Part shown: positions 50,101-63,353 of the stretch, piece by piece | Numbering within the stretch: position 1 is the stretch's first letter | Layout of the letters: each line of letters opens with the position of its first letter | NCBI GenBank assembly: GCA_002633005.1 | Contig: NMRA01000523.1 | Span: 1 to 64,000, forward strand | DNA length: 64,000 bases | Source of the DNA: Phoronis australis | Taxonomy: Eukaryota; Animalia; Phoronida | Direction: 5' to 3' | Notes under the pieces: model-generated | Databases searched by the model: none | What the model was told of the DNA's origin: nothing | Seen by the model: the letters and a program-made list of their open reading frames with translations, nothing else | Position numbers and translations under genes: made by a program

Positions 50101-53100
50101 TGTGAAAGGAGGGTATAAGTTTTAATGAAAATAACGCCAAAAGAATCGCAATATGGCGTTTTATTCTCGGGAAAAGAATATCAAGATAATTACCTTTGTC
50201 AGTGCGACGAAAGGAAATTCTTCGAAAGGTAGAATCGTCTCCTCTCCTGGCTTGCCCTGGTCTTGGCCGTACTTTATTCTCGTAGCTAGGAAGTGTCGGA
50301 AGAAGTGAAGTTGTTACCATAACAACCGAAAAAATTTCAAACATAAAACCGATGAACACGATTCTTCATGTTTAAGTCTCGAAGCATCAACTAGTTGAAC
50401 GCCTTTAAACATTCTTGTGGTATAACGTTTTTGTCATTAGTATCGAGTGGGGTTTACATGTAGCTTCTCTTGCTCAGAGTTTGAATGCGACCGCAAAGGA
50501 TACTGTACATGTTCTTTTCAGCGCTGGGGTACTCAGTGAGTTTTCTCACCGATAAATGACCTTCAAGCACATGTTAACACTTAATATTTGCGTGGAAATT
50601 TCCCCTCAGTTTACATGTATGGTTTGGTACCTGTTCGTGAAACTTCACAGTGCGAGTAAAACTATTCAGTTCATCTGCCAGCTCGTTGATGCAGATGGCC
50701 TTTGTCAGCATGATTCACATATACGACCCTGCTTCATATTAGTATTTCCTATATGTGCCACATGTTTGATGACAGGACATTTTCTCCTTACACGTGCACC
50801 CGTTTATGCAAATCAAAATCGACAAATAATTCAGTCTTTCTACTAAAAAATGTTTTCGTTAGTACATTTGCTTTCGTGTTGTTCGTCGGCGTAACTTATC
50901 TTTTTCCGGCATCAAAACCTGCCTCGATTTTAAACATGGAATTTATGGAAAATAACGTCTTCACACATCACAAATGTTATACATTTTAAGGCACTTTCAA
51001 AATCAGCTCAACCAAAATGTCTCAAGAGTTTTATAATATAGTCTACGTCGGCGGATCCAGGGGGTGAAGGGGGTCCGGATCCCCCCTTTTCCCTTGAGAT
51101 TTTAGCGATTTTAAATCTAGAACTGTCAAATTTTTGACTTAGACTCTTTGATCCGACCCACTCCCTTTTAAAAAATCTGGGATCCACCCCTGGTCTATCT
51201 TATTGTTTCATAAACATTAAAAACCAAATTTAGCATGCACGTACCCAGCATGAGTCTTGAGGAGATGCGAAGGTGAGTGAAGGGGACCTTTCCCGGACTG
51301 CAGGAGTTGACGAAATCACGAAATCGTCTATTACCCTCGTCATATAAAAATACCCATACTTCAAGCGATGTTAGATTGTGTTTTTATTACGCATTGGCAA
51401 AAACGAACCATCACTGGAAATGAACAAACAAGAAAAAACAACCAATTCCTTTATGGATGAAGATAATGACAGTGTTCAAGGTAGCTGCGCTGGGTCTTCT
51501 TGTGTCTTATTGTAACTGGAAGACTGCTCTCAAAGCTGAATATATGTGGAATGCGTGTAGACGAATTTGACAGTCGGTTAAACAGAACCGAAAATTAAGT
51601 TTATTGAGTTAGCCCGAGACAAAAGCTAAGGACGTCAAACCGTAAGTGTCTGTAGTGAAGCACCTGGCTATAGTAATTGTCGTAAGATTTGCACAGCGAA
51701 TTCAGTTGAACAAATGTTTATGCATTGGGAGGCAGCATTAAAGAAATGAATAACTTATTGGCTACAAAATTCCACTGTTTTTCTTAAAATATCACACACC
51801 CACAGTTCTTTAAGGTTATGTCAAACCCTAAAAAATTTGCCAACATTTGGCTAACTTCGGAATATCGTACCTCAAAAATGGCTCATCGCCGGATTCAAAA
51901 CTTTCAGATATTATGCTTCGTGTAGTGTTCTGCAAAATTTTGTAAGGGATTGTTTTTAAAAAAGTCTACTTTTGAATGAGAATCTCTATCAAAAGTCAGG
52001 ATTTTGGCATTTAGTTACGATGTCTCTGCAAAGCATCCGCGCTTCGTTCGCCCTCACAACTCGTGACTGGTCAAGTTGCCGCGACTTTCAAAATCTAGCC
52101 CCTTTCGCTGAAAAGATCGGTTACAGCCACCTCTGAAATGAGTGCCAAACACAAAGTTGTCATGATGTTGGATGTGCTTCTTTGTTAGGTGATAGCGGCT
52201 TTATTCATTGAGCGATTTTACTTTTGTTATAACCTCGTCAATTTGGTCGTCCTTCCACCTAAATCATCAAAATGCACGGTTTTGAGGAACGGCTGCTGGC
52301 TTTAACTGTTTCAGAGACCGAGTGTTAGTTTGTTTCAGCTTTTGAGTTCTCTCTCGATTCAGCATCGTCCATTTTCTGCTTGGCGTTGGTGACAACGGAA
52401 ATACATGTAGAAGTGGCACATGTATGCCCAGAACTGCTTGGAACAGCCTCATGAGTTCTTGGGTCTCGATTTTTACCTTCTTAAAAAACGAATCAATAGG
52501 TTTACATTTTTTTACTGTTGTTTGCGCTCATGCTCTCAACGTTCAGGGCGACCCATCTACATGTATAACTACCTGCTGCTGTTTATCAGACTACTGTGTG
52601 CCTTACTAGGGTTTGTACATCGTGCTGGCCCAACGTGCATATAACACGCGTGCCCTTCCCATCGCACACGCCTTCATCACAAGCTGAGCTTACCCGAGAG
52701 CTGCCAGCAACAATAATATCGCGTGTTTGCCCGGTTTGCTGTTAGCTGACAACCTACCCCATCTATCATTTTCAGCAAAAAGCAATTTAGTATAAGGCCA
52801 TTACGGAGCTAATTGAAAAATTACATGACGTGACTTAAATTCGGCTTGCTTAGGCTGACCCGAAATCCTGGTGGGGTGGGTTGCATTCGAAACCGTCGCA
52901 CCTCCCTGGTACGGGCATGTTGAGTCCCTTCAAAAATTGAATCAGGGTAAATTTTGCCGGATTACAATTCCCGGCCTCTTCTGATCACCACATACTCACT
53001 CCAAGGTCGCCTCAATGTTTCAACGAGTACCTCCGCACTCGGCAATTACCCGTCGTTAATTCAAAAACAGCGTCTTTTACCGATGTGGTCAGATTTCTTC

Positions 53101-56100
53101 TATGCATTATAAGCTTAATAAACATTCACAAATTTTGACATTGAAAATATTGGGAATCATGTTCGTTAAATCAACGTTAAAGTTAACGCCCATTTTTCAA
53201 TTAGATTTATTCCAATTGAATATCCATAAATCCCTACGGAATACAATTTTCTTAAATTCTTTGCCACTCAACAATATACATACAACATTGGGAAAAATTA
53301 TACATTTAAACCTCACGAACATTTCTGCGCACTTTTCTAAAATAGTCATTGTAATCAACATGTAATTGCGGGTACTTGAGAAACTCGATATCGTCCATTC
53401 TTATGTACCTGCTACATAATCCTTGAATGTGAAAGGACCTGGCGTATGAATACGACTTTGGATAAGCTAAGACATAAAACTCACATCCCACCAAACACCG
53501 ATCAGAAACATACGCGCCTAAACCCTCGCACATGTAAATAAAACCACTACAGTTTCGATATATGTACACGTACCTGTAACCGTAGACACGCCCATTCCAT
53601 CGCCCAGGAAGAGGATGACATTTTTCGCCACGTTTGTGTTGGGTGTGCGACTTATCTCCCTTGCCAATGCCTTCTGTTCAAATTCCATCCAGTAACTTGC
53701 AGCTAAAATACACTCATCCTCATTATCATACAAATGAATTTATGTAACACTCTCAAAATATGGCCACATTTGGCAAACTTCGGAACATCAAGCCTCAGAA
53801 ATGGCTGATCAGATTAGTACGAAATTTTCATATACAATACTTTATGCTGACAACTAACTCTCTAACACACTGACAGGATTTGTTTTCAAAAGTTTACCAT
53901 TTCGCATGAAGGGCTATCTAAATAGGACTTTTATAATTTTTATGAAAAACTCAAAAATTGAATAAAACAAAAACAAAATCATAACTTAGAAAACTACAAC
54001 AGTGTTTTATAGAGTTAATCTTGTGCATATCTTTACTGTTCGTTCACTAATTTATGCTAAAAGAATATAATCACGTGATATTATTTCAGTAATCTGCTAT
54101 CAAATAGCAAATTGGCATAACGTCAAAAATCAATATCTACAGACTTTCTAACGTTTCACCTTTATTCTAAATCATCATCAGGAAATACAAGTAACAGAGC
54201 AATTTTAACAGAAAACACAAAATTCAAAAATACTACAACAATAAGTAAATATCAATAAGTTCCAAACTTCATTGATAGTTCTAAAGAGCGTTTTTTCAAC
54301 AATATGAACAAAAGAGTAGCTCTCAATAATAGGCACAGGAAATAAAAGAATACGTCTTTCCCTTCCATTAGTTGGCACTGGCAGTTAGTAAAGCGCCAAT
54401 TATCCGGCTGTTAAATTGTATTTTTCCTGGGATTTAAGTCTGCTTGCAAACTGTCGTTTATGTTAAGCAGACTGAAAGCGCCTGCTCGGACAACGAAAGA
54501 AGTAACGTCGTGTAAAAGATCTCCTCTTGCAATGACTGCCTTGTTTTCTATAATGACAAAATCAGTGTCTATAGACGTTGTACTGAACATGAACATTGGG
54601 CTGACAATATCAGGATTCTCGCTAGTGAGCCACTAAGGACATGTCATATAAGGACACGTTGTATACTTTAGAATCCTTGCACATAAAGGATCAACATACT
54701 AGAGCACCTTTAAACAATCAGCTAAGTAGTGTGTTTTTAAATCCGTTCTTGGTGCATTGTCTCGCATGTGTCATTTTTATCGTCTAACTTTTGACACTTA
54801 CTGATTGTTGTAGTATTTTTGAATTTTGTGTTTTCTGTTAAAATTATTCTGTTGCGTGTATTACAGACTTTCAACTTTCAGAAAATATATACCTTTTACG
54901 TTTACTGAACTGAAATCTACAGTTATGTAGATATTGGGCTGAATGCGAACACAACTGAGTCGACGAGTTCCTACATGACCTTAACATGTAATTAGTAGAA
55001 CTGACCTGATATTTTAGCTCATAATACATTTGGTATTCTGTGGAACCTAGAATTTTTTGTTCATGTAATCGCATAGTTAGGACGTTCTTAAATCTACGTA
55101 AACGTTATTGTAAAAATCGTCTCTAGAATTGAANTGGTGGCATACCGTGGTTGAGATTTTTGGGGGTTTCTGCCGAGCACAACCCAGAGTGTAATTTGTC
55201 TGTCATAGGGGATTTAGTGATCTGTGACATGTATTGGATCATATGGAATTGGTTTTGTGTGGTACCTCGAATGTATGTGCTAGCTCAATTTTGGGGGGTC
55301 CTTTTTTAGTTTCTGCCGGACCCATTCCAGAGTGCAATTTGTCTGTCATGGGTCATTTGGCGTTCAGTACGTAACTATTGTTCGTTTAAAATCAGTTTTG
55401 GCCGGTACCTCGAAAATCTAGTCTAGCTCAACTTTTGGTGGCATACCGTATTTGAGATTTTTGGGGGTTTCTGCCGGGCACAATCCAGAGTGTAATTTGT
55501 CTGTCACAGGGGTTTTAGTGATCTGTGACATGTATTGAATCATATGGAATTGGTTATGTGTGGTACCTCGAATGTATGTGCTAGCTCATTTTTGGGGGGT
55601 CCTTTTTGGTTTCTGCCGGACCCATTCCAGAGTGCAATTTGTCTGTCATGGCTCATTTGGTGTTCAGTGCGGTACTATTGTTCGTTTTAAATCAGTTTTG
55701 GTTGGTACCTCGAATATCTAGTCTAGCTTATTTTTTGGGCTGTTTGTAAGGCCCCCAGGGGTCACACCCAGAGTGCAGACAACGGCAGACGTCCATTTCT
55801 GTACATACTGAGGTGGACTTTAAATGCTCCCGTGGTCAGATGTTGGTACCTCGTTCATCTATGCTAAGTGCTCTGGGCTGCCGGTCTATGTGTGCCTTAC
55901 TGAGGTTTGTACAACGTGCTGGCCCAGCGTGCATATAACACGCGTGCCCTTCCCGTCGCACACGCCTTCATCACAAGCTGAGCTTACCCGAGAGCTGCCA
56001 GCAACAATAATATCGCGTGTTTGCCCGGTTTGCTGTTAGCTGACAACCTACCCCATCTATCATTTTCAGCAAAAAGCAATTTAGTATAAGGCCATTACGG

Positions 56101-58899
56101 AGCTAATTGAAAAATTACATGACGTGACTTAAATTCGGCTTGCTTAGGCTGACCCGAAATCCTGGTGGGGTGGGTTGCATTCGAAACCGTCGCACCTCCC
56201 TGGTACGGGCATGTTGAGTCCCTTCAAAAATTGAATCAGGGTAAATTTTGCCGGATTACAATTCCCGGCCTGTTCTGATCACCACATACTCACTCCAAGG
56301 TCGCCTCAATGTTTCAACGAGTACCTCCGCACTCGGCAATTCCCCGTCGTTAATTCAAAAACAGCGTCTTTTACCGATGTGGTCAGATTTCTTCTATGCA
56401 TTATAAGCTTAATAAACATTCACAAATTTTGACATTGAAAATATTGGGAATCATGTTCGTTAAATTAACGTTAAATTTAACGTCCATTTTTCAATTAGAT
56501 TCATTCCAATTGAATATCCATAAATCCCTACGGAATACAATTTTCTTAAATTCTTTGCCACTCAACAATATACATACAACATTGGGAAAAATTATACATT
56601 TAAAGCTCACGAACATTTCTGCGCACTTTTCTAAAATAGTCATTGTAATCAACATGAAATTGCGGGTACTTGAGAAACTCGATATCGTTCATTCTTATGT
56701 CTGCTACATCATCCTTGAATGTGAAAGGACCTGGCGTATGAATACGACTTTGGATAAGCTAAGACTCACATCCACCATACACCGATCAGAAACATACGCG
56801 CCTAAACCCTCGCACATGTAAATAAAACCACTACAGTTTCGATATATGTACATGTACCTGTAACCGTAGACACGCCCATTCCATCGCCCAGGAAGAGGAT
56901 GACATTTTTCGCCACGTTTGTGTTGGGTGTGCGACTTATCTCCCTTGCCAATGCCTTCTGTTCAAATTGCATCCAGTAACTTGCAGCTAAAATACACTTA
57001 TCCTCATTATCACATAAATGAATTTATGTAACACTCTCAAAATATGGCCACATTTGGCAAACTTCGAAACGTCAAACCTCAGAAATGGCTGATCAGATTA
57101 GTACGAAATTTTCGTATACAATACTTTATGCTGACAACTCTCTAACACACTGACAGGAATTGTTTTCAAAAGTTTACAATTTCGCATGAAGGGCTATCTA
57201 AATAGGACTTTTATAATTTTTATGAAAAACTCAAAAATTGAATAAAACAAAAACAAAATCATAATTTAGAAAACTACAACAGTGTTTTCTAGAGTTAATC
57301 TTGTGCATATCTTTACTGTTCGTTCACTAATTTATGCTAACAGAATGTAATCACGTGATATTATTTCAGTAATCTGCTATCAAATAGCAAATTGGCATAG
57401 CGTCAAAAATCAATATCTACAGACTTTCTAACGTTTCACCTTTATTCTAAATCATCATCAGGAAATACAAGTAACAGAGCAATTTTAACAGAAAACACAA
57501 AATTCAAAAATACTACAACAATAAGTAAATATCAATATGTTCCAAACTTCATTGATAGTTCTAAAGAGCGTTTTTTCAACAATATGAACAAAAGAGTAGC
57601 TCTCAATAATAGGCACAGGAAATAAAAGAATACGTCTTTCCCTTCCATTAGTTGGCACTGGCAGTTAGTAAAGCGCCAATTATCCGGCTGTTAAATTGTA
57701 TTTTTCCTGGGATTTAAGTCTGCTTGCAAACTGTCGTTTATGTTAAGCAGACTGAAAGCGCCTGCTCGGACAACGAAACGAAGTAACGTCGTGTAAAAGA
57801 TCTCCTCTTGCAATGACTGCCTTGTTTTCTATAATGACAAAATCAGTGTCTATAGACGCTGTACTGAACATGAACATTGGGCTGACAATATCAGGATTCT
57901 CGATAGTGAGCCACTAAGGACATGTCATATAAGGACACGTTGTATACTTTGGAATCCTTGCACATAAAGGATCAACATACTAGAGCACCTTTAAACAATC
58001 AACTAAGTAGTGTGCTTTTTAATCCGTTCTAGGTGCATCGCCTCGCTTTTGTCATTTTTATCGTCTAACTTTTGACATTTACTTATTGTTGTAGTATTTT
58101 TCAATTTTGTGTTTTCTGTTAAAATTATTCTGTTGCGTGTATTACAGACTTTCAACTTTCAGAAAATATATACCTTTCACGTTCACTGAATTGAAATCTA
58201 CAGTTATGCAGATATTGGGCTGAATACACGGACAACTGAGTCGACGAGGTCCTACATGACCTTAAAATGTAATTAATAGAACTGACCTGATATTTTAGCT
58301 CATAATACATTTGGTATTCTGTGGAACCTTGAAATTTATGTTCATGTAATCGCATAGTTAGGACGTTCTTAAATCTACGTAAACGTTATTGTAAAAATCG
58401 TCTCTAGAATTGAATGACAATTAAATGCAAAGCTCATAGTCTTTCAGCCACCACAGGTTTAGGACCCGGGCGCCACTAGTGAGAGATCGCAGTCCACACT
58501 TTTGTGCTGTTGTGCCATAAACTTGACTTGTATTTTGCGGTCTCAGTAGTGTTATAATTTTGAATTTATACGGCACCTCCATAGCGTTAATTAGAAGAAA
58601 CAGTGACTCCATACGAACCTCACCAAGCGAACGGCGGCAGCAGGCTGTTTCATTCAGTGCTTTCTTTCGGTGCACTTTCATCCGAAAATTGTGGCTCCCC
58701 CCAAATTATTACAGCCTAGATCCGCCAGTTACCCGTTTGTCTGTTTCAGTTTCGCCATGCTGAGTTACTGACTCAAAATCGGCACTTAAATTTCTGACGC
58801 TGAGTTAAAACGCTACTTACGTTGAATTTCTCGAGCGCCCACGGTATACGCCAGCAATAAAATCGCCGCGACCAGACTAAGCTGCACGTGAATCTCCAT
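41120..58899 (-). CDS. ALPL: Alkaline phosphatase (tissue-nonspecific-like, signal peptide + GPI-type C-terminus), 10 coding exons, ~540 aa
   Basis: Exons: 58821-58899 ([22 protein letters not shown]), 53574-53702 ([13 protein letters not shown]; duplicate copy at 56858-56986), 50194-50285 ([18 protein letters not shown]), 47850-48027 ([19 protein letters not shown], catalytic Ser), 46890-47062 ([11 protein letters not shown]), 45539-45740 ([16 protein letters not shown]), 44842-44976 (YFLLVEG), 43883-44074 ([15 protein letters not shown]), 42523-42669 ([11 protein letters not shown]), 41120-41415 (ETHGGEDV, hydrophobic tail). All splice phases are consistent and the exons total 1623 nt. The symbol indicates family, not proven orthology. 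Confidence 0.93.
45042..45200. mobile_element. hAT-like MITE of the same family (ALP intron), TSD GGTTA/GATTA
   Basis: CAGGGGCGGATCCAGGATTTTGAGTT...AATCCGTCACTG; reverse-oriented homolog of 4819-4981. Confidence 0.8.
46409..46745. mobile_element. hAT-like MITE, TSD CATTG/CGTTG
   Basis: CATAGGCGGATTAAGGGGG...TAGATCCGCCACTG. Confidence 0.65.
48360..49590. repeat. ~1.2 kb foldback (long imperfect palindrome) in an ALP intron
   Basis: Arms match, e.g. AGCCAGCGAAAA/TTTTCGCTGGCT, GTCGATAGC/GCTATCGAC, TTCTGATGAACTTCGCATT/AATGCGAAGTTCATCAGAA, TTCATAAATCTAAATAT/ATATTTAGATTTATGAA. Confidence 0.85.
51046..51192. mobile_element. hAT-like MITE with 5-bp TSD GTCTA
   Basis: gtcta|CGTCGGCGGATCCAGGGGG...TGGGATCCACCCCTG|gtcta. 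Confidence 0.75.
54184..54863. mobile_element. Element with ~80-bp terminal inverted repeats (duplicated at ~57464-58143)
   Basis: TTTTAACAGAAAACACAAAATTCAAAAATACTACAACAAT and its reverse complement ATTGTTGTAGTATTTTTGAATTTTGTGTTTTCTGTTAAAA. Confidence 0.7.
55135..55888. repeat. Tandem repeat array (~300 bp unit made of two related subunits, 2 copies) plus unique end; probably the end of a non-autonomous transposon
   Basis: GGCATACCGT at ~55139 and ~55440. TTTCTGCCG..CCAGAGTG.AATTTGTCTGTCA occurs four times. The segment ends ..GGGCTGCCGGTCTA exactly at the junction with the duplicated block. Confidence 0.75.
56858..56986 (-). CDS. Second copy of ALP coding exon 2 (E>Q variant) inside the duplicated block
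   Basis: Near-identical to 53574-53702 with intact AG/GT; ATG CAA here versus ATG GAA in the other copy. Confidence 0.75.
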
Positions 58900-61003
58900 G
58901 TCGACGCCTCTGAGCCCTTCAGTCAGCACACCCAAATAAACGCCTGTTGTCACCTGTTTCTGTGACAGTACTATAGAACCTTTGAGCCCTTCTCTGTACT
59001 TGGTAAATATGACGTCAAGGGTTTTAATCTTTTTATCCTTATCAAAGCTGTCCGTTTGTATACAACTGTACTTGCGAAGTGCATGCAGTTCTCTTCACTC
59101 GTGTTAGGCGGCGTGATATCACTTAGGAACTTCATTTGCGCCACGCCTACAGACCTAACTCTTAGCGCAATCAGACCATTATAATCTTTGTTATGAGTTT
59201 TTCAAACAACAATTATTTCTTGCAAACTATTGTTTACAACATGCATAAGCTGTGGTCAAACCAACTACCCTGTCGTTGTAACTTTATGTAACAATTACCG
59301 TTCACACCGACACTGAAAACTGCTGTAACCCTACAGTCGTATTTTAGTCGCCGCTTTCCGCGGATTCACCCCAGTTAAGGTGCCACTCATTGAATAGATT
59401 TTGAGCCACGGCTGAAGTTAAATTAAGAGCTTCCCCAATTTCATTGAAAATTGGCGCCTGTTTTTTTCACCACGTAATTTTTTATTTTGCTCTAGCATGA
59501 TAATTACATGTCACATAAAACAATACAGTATACACCATTTACAAAGAATAACATTAAGTCACTAGTCAACACGCATTTTCTTCAGGGTGTAACTTAATAA
59601 AGTTTACGAACATTTGGAAGTTGAGATTGTTATTAAATATGTAATTTTGTGCTAGTATGATCAACAGATTACTGTTACAATTTTCCAAATGAGTGTTTCA
59701 CAACAAAACAAAAAGCACAGACCGTTATTTCGTCCACATGAAAATTTAGTAATACATGATATGTTTGTTTTAATCATTCAGCAAACTGGAGTCAGAATTC
59801 GGAGACTAGACGACATTCCCAAAAAAGATGGAGAAAAGTTTCACTGTATTCACCATAGAAAAGGCATTGATTACTTGTTTTTATTTTAACTTTATGCAAA
59901 TAATTAGTGGTTGGCAATATTCTGTAAATTAAGCGCTATTGAAACCAACGCAATTTTGTATCTTTTGTACTACAGAAGGGAAGTTTATTTAATTCTCTCC
60001 ACCAAGTGTAAGGGTCGCTAAAATTTACATTATTTATAACACCGTTTATATCTATCCCAGATGACCACTTGTTTTTATATTTACACGCTGCCTGTTAGCT
60101 TGGCTACATGAGCGTTTTAGTTTTGTGCTGCACGTGAAGGCTACAAATACAAATTTCCAATTGCTTGATTTTTGAGTTTGGTCTGCGCGATGCACCCCAT
60201 TGTTGAAAAATATTTCTAAAGAATTCGCGAGGGAAGCGACACTGGTCAAGCAAAACAGTAGATAGGTAATATTTGGAAATTCTTTGTGGGAATGCCATGA
60301 TTACGGTAGTACAGTAGGTGGCGGGCTATTGAACAAACTCAAGAAAATTATTCGAGATTGATGTGTATCATATAGCGCACATGTACAAAAAAGCAAAAAA
60401 ATAGTTGGAGATCAGAAGGACAGAAATTAAGAAAAGGGCCAGATTTTTGGTTCAAATGCTTAATTATCAATTAAACAACTTCGTAAATTCCTTGATTGGC
60501 CACAGGTTGAAGCTTGCTATATTCGGCATCAGAATGTCAGATTGCAAACGAACTAAAAAAGCGTTAGTCACTGAATACCTAAACTTAAAGTAACCCACTA
60601 ACTTCGGAATGGCAGTGTCTGTGAAAGAAATTCTTCTAAGATTTTTAAAATCACACGATCTCTAACGAAATTCAGTGACCAACAAATACAAAGGTTTATT
60701 TTTACGGCATGTGCGGGTATTTAGGACCAGGCGGCTACATTTTAAGCTACGCCTATTTTCGGAGCTAGGTGCATACCCTTATACACTAACCAAAAAACCG
60801 TGCCGGAAATTGATGCTCTGTTGCGCCTCATCAGTTTGAAGTCTATCGTGTGGGATTGACAGGCAGCCGCGGGAAAGCGGAGGCAAAACTGAGGGACTGA
60901 AAATGAATACCAAAATGTGGGGCGGCAGGCGGCTAACGCTACAGACTACCTTCATGCTTCATTTATGTCTCGGTAACCCCCACTAAAGAAAACCTTTAGC
61001 AAG

Positions 61004-61291
61004 CAGTGGCGGATTTAGGGGGGGGGGCAAGGGGGCCATGGTCCCCCTAAAATTCTACCAGATACCATTTGGGAGTTCGGGTGCGCGCAAGCAGGGGCTC
61101 GTCGGGGGTGAATAGGCCCTGAACGAACTGAACAAACCCCGTTTACCGTTTTTTTTTAGTCAACAGGTCCGCAACCCCAAACATGCGAGGCCTCTGCGTC
61201 TCCACATTTTAAGCTGGGCGCGCGCATCTGTCGAAATTCTGGTTATTCCCGTGCCCTGGCCCCCCAACTCAAAATCCTGGATCCGCCCCTG
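61004..61291. mobile_element. hAT-like MITE (CAGTGGCGGAT..ATCCGCCCCTG) with 5-bp TSD GCAAG
   Basis: TIRs and an exact flanking gcaag on both sides. Homologous to the elements at 4819-4981 and 45042-45200. Confidence 0.85.
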
Positions 61292-63353
61292 GCAAGTAAC
61301 CTCATTCATTCAGTTGATTAGATCCACGCACAGCGTCGATTTCAAGAACTACATAATTTTCAATTTATTAACATTTACTGGATACAACGCATACAAAAAC
61401 AATACATGACGTCCGGAAACAAGTAGGCCTAATTACAAGTAAATACAGGGGTACGTTTCACGTAAGTCCTCAAACAGAAAATTTGGTCTAACGCTCCCCT
61501 TCACAATTGCTGTACAGATTTAGCCACACATAAGAAATAACTTGTATAATATATCTAAGTAACTAGCAGTTGCGGTTATACTCGAAAAGACCTTTGCAAT
61601 ATGGCTCAAGAGGGATTTAATTTTTCCGAAATAGTTGTGTGGAGCTTAAGATTAGTTTTCTGACTTACCGTCTCATGTCACTTTTGTGAAATTGACCCCA
61701 TGTAAAAAGATAACACACACTAAGAAATTAGCTGTATTAGAAGTTACGGCTGATCAGAAGAACTACAACTGCACAACAAAGACAAAACAGAACTAAACTA
61801 TTATAAACTTGAACACCTATGTGCATCTGCAAATACAGTACAGCTTGTAAACATCAGGTACAGCAAAAGAAAACGCCCAATATTCCACTGGCTCTCAAGA
61901 GTCTACGTCTACAAACAGAAAAATATCTACATTTGTATACATGCAGCTCTTTTGTAGTTCAAGTTTTGATTTAGGTCAGTTGACGCCGTGAAATCGAAAT
62001 CCAATTGTGCGTTAGTCAAAACAGGTGAGCATTTACAAGTATCAGTTAAAATGCGGTGTCTCAAAGCCTAAGAGTCTGGGACAAAAGTATTCAGATTTCA
62101 GTGAAAATTTGCAGCACGCACACTTAAAAACTTGCTTTCAAAAACACAGTCTTAAAAGATTGCACAGATTGATTTTAGCGCTTTTCGGAAACACTTGAGA
62201 AGATCGGCGAACAGTTGGCTAAAATCTGACCACCTTATTTATTGTGAGTAAAGTCATTGCAATAGGTCAAACTTGAGGTTTATGATTGATTTCACCGAAA
62301 GGTGTAATACTCATGTTCGGTTCGTGGCAAGGATACACACTGCCTAGTAAAATAGTATTACCACTGGTGTAACCAGCGCCGGTGGAATATTACCTATTTT
62401 CTCAAGCTATTCTACACCAGGCACAGCCTTTGATAACAAATATGCAAAACATTGATATTTGGTAAAGATCCGCTTACTTTTGTTTTAATATACGACACTG
62501 AGGTAGTTTCCGTCGACGAAGTTCTCGTTCAACACTAGTCGTGTGTCGTCGGCATGCTGTAATCTACCGGAGGAATTTTTTACGAAATGTTTCGGGTTTC
62601 AGTGGCGGATCTACGTTTTCAGCAGGGAGGGGGTTTAGGATTCCCGCCAAGGTCGAATCACTAGGCGCGTGGCGCCGAGCGGGGGGAGTTCGGGAGGGGG
62701 GTTTCCCCTCCCGTGTAAGATATTTTTTTGTTTTTGTAGCCAAATAGTGAAATTTCCATGCATCCTGGTAAGTTTCTGGCACTTAACATGTCTCTGGAGT
62801 CTTTCTTAAGATAATTAAAAACCCTTCTCGATTTCGTCACATGAACTTGGCACATAAGTTTCGTGAAACCATATTGTGCACATCTGGGTATGAGTCACGC
62901 CACCAGCAAAACTACGGTTGGAACATCTGCTTACACACACCTTTTTTAGCATACGAAAAGTCGTATACGAAAAAGGGTGGTGTGTATACAGGGGTTAAGA
63001 CCATTTCCAAATATTCAAGAGCATAATTAAGGAGCACCGACATGGCGTAAAAACTTGAATATCAGATGACCGCATAACAGCAGCCTCAAGTTGTTTAAGA
63101 ACGAAGACCTGTACTGTTAGTCCGGAAATAAACATGTGTTCTGTCTCGTTTCGAGAAAAACTGGCGAACGATGGTGCTCTCAACTCATAGTCTATTATCA
63201 AAAGCGACAATAAATAATTAGGTATCACTTTATTAAGTTGAATCACGTTGGCAACAATTGAAAAACGTCAGAACTTTATCAGGAAACAAATCATCTGAAA
63301 ACACTTTCACGAAACCAAAACATCCTGTGCACAGTGGTGAAAAGATACACTGG

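Larger units (their letters stand above)
52595..58414. repeat. ~2.5 kb near-identical direct duplication (52595-55133 and 55889-58414), separated by a single N and a tandem-repeat segment
   Basis: The two blocks align end to end with scattered SNPs and small indels. Copy 1 ends exactly at the N at 55134. Confidence 0.92.

Noticed and set aside
51243-51340. Possible ALP exon with a GTAC donor
   Set aside because: No frame resembles ALP, and the expected exon is accounted for at 50194-50285.
55135-55740. Regular repeats considered as a CRISPR-like array
   Set aside because: The units are long tandem copies without unique spacers, the context is eukaryotic, and there are no cas genes.
56396-56821. 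141-aa plus-strand ORF
   Set aside because: It is AT-rich intronic sequence, and the duplicate copy has a stop at 53365, so it is unlikely to be coding.
60805-60905. Minus-strand CTGATGAG hammerhead core
   Set aside because: No GAAA half of the core follows the putative stem II.
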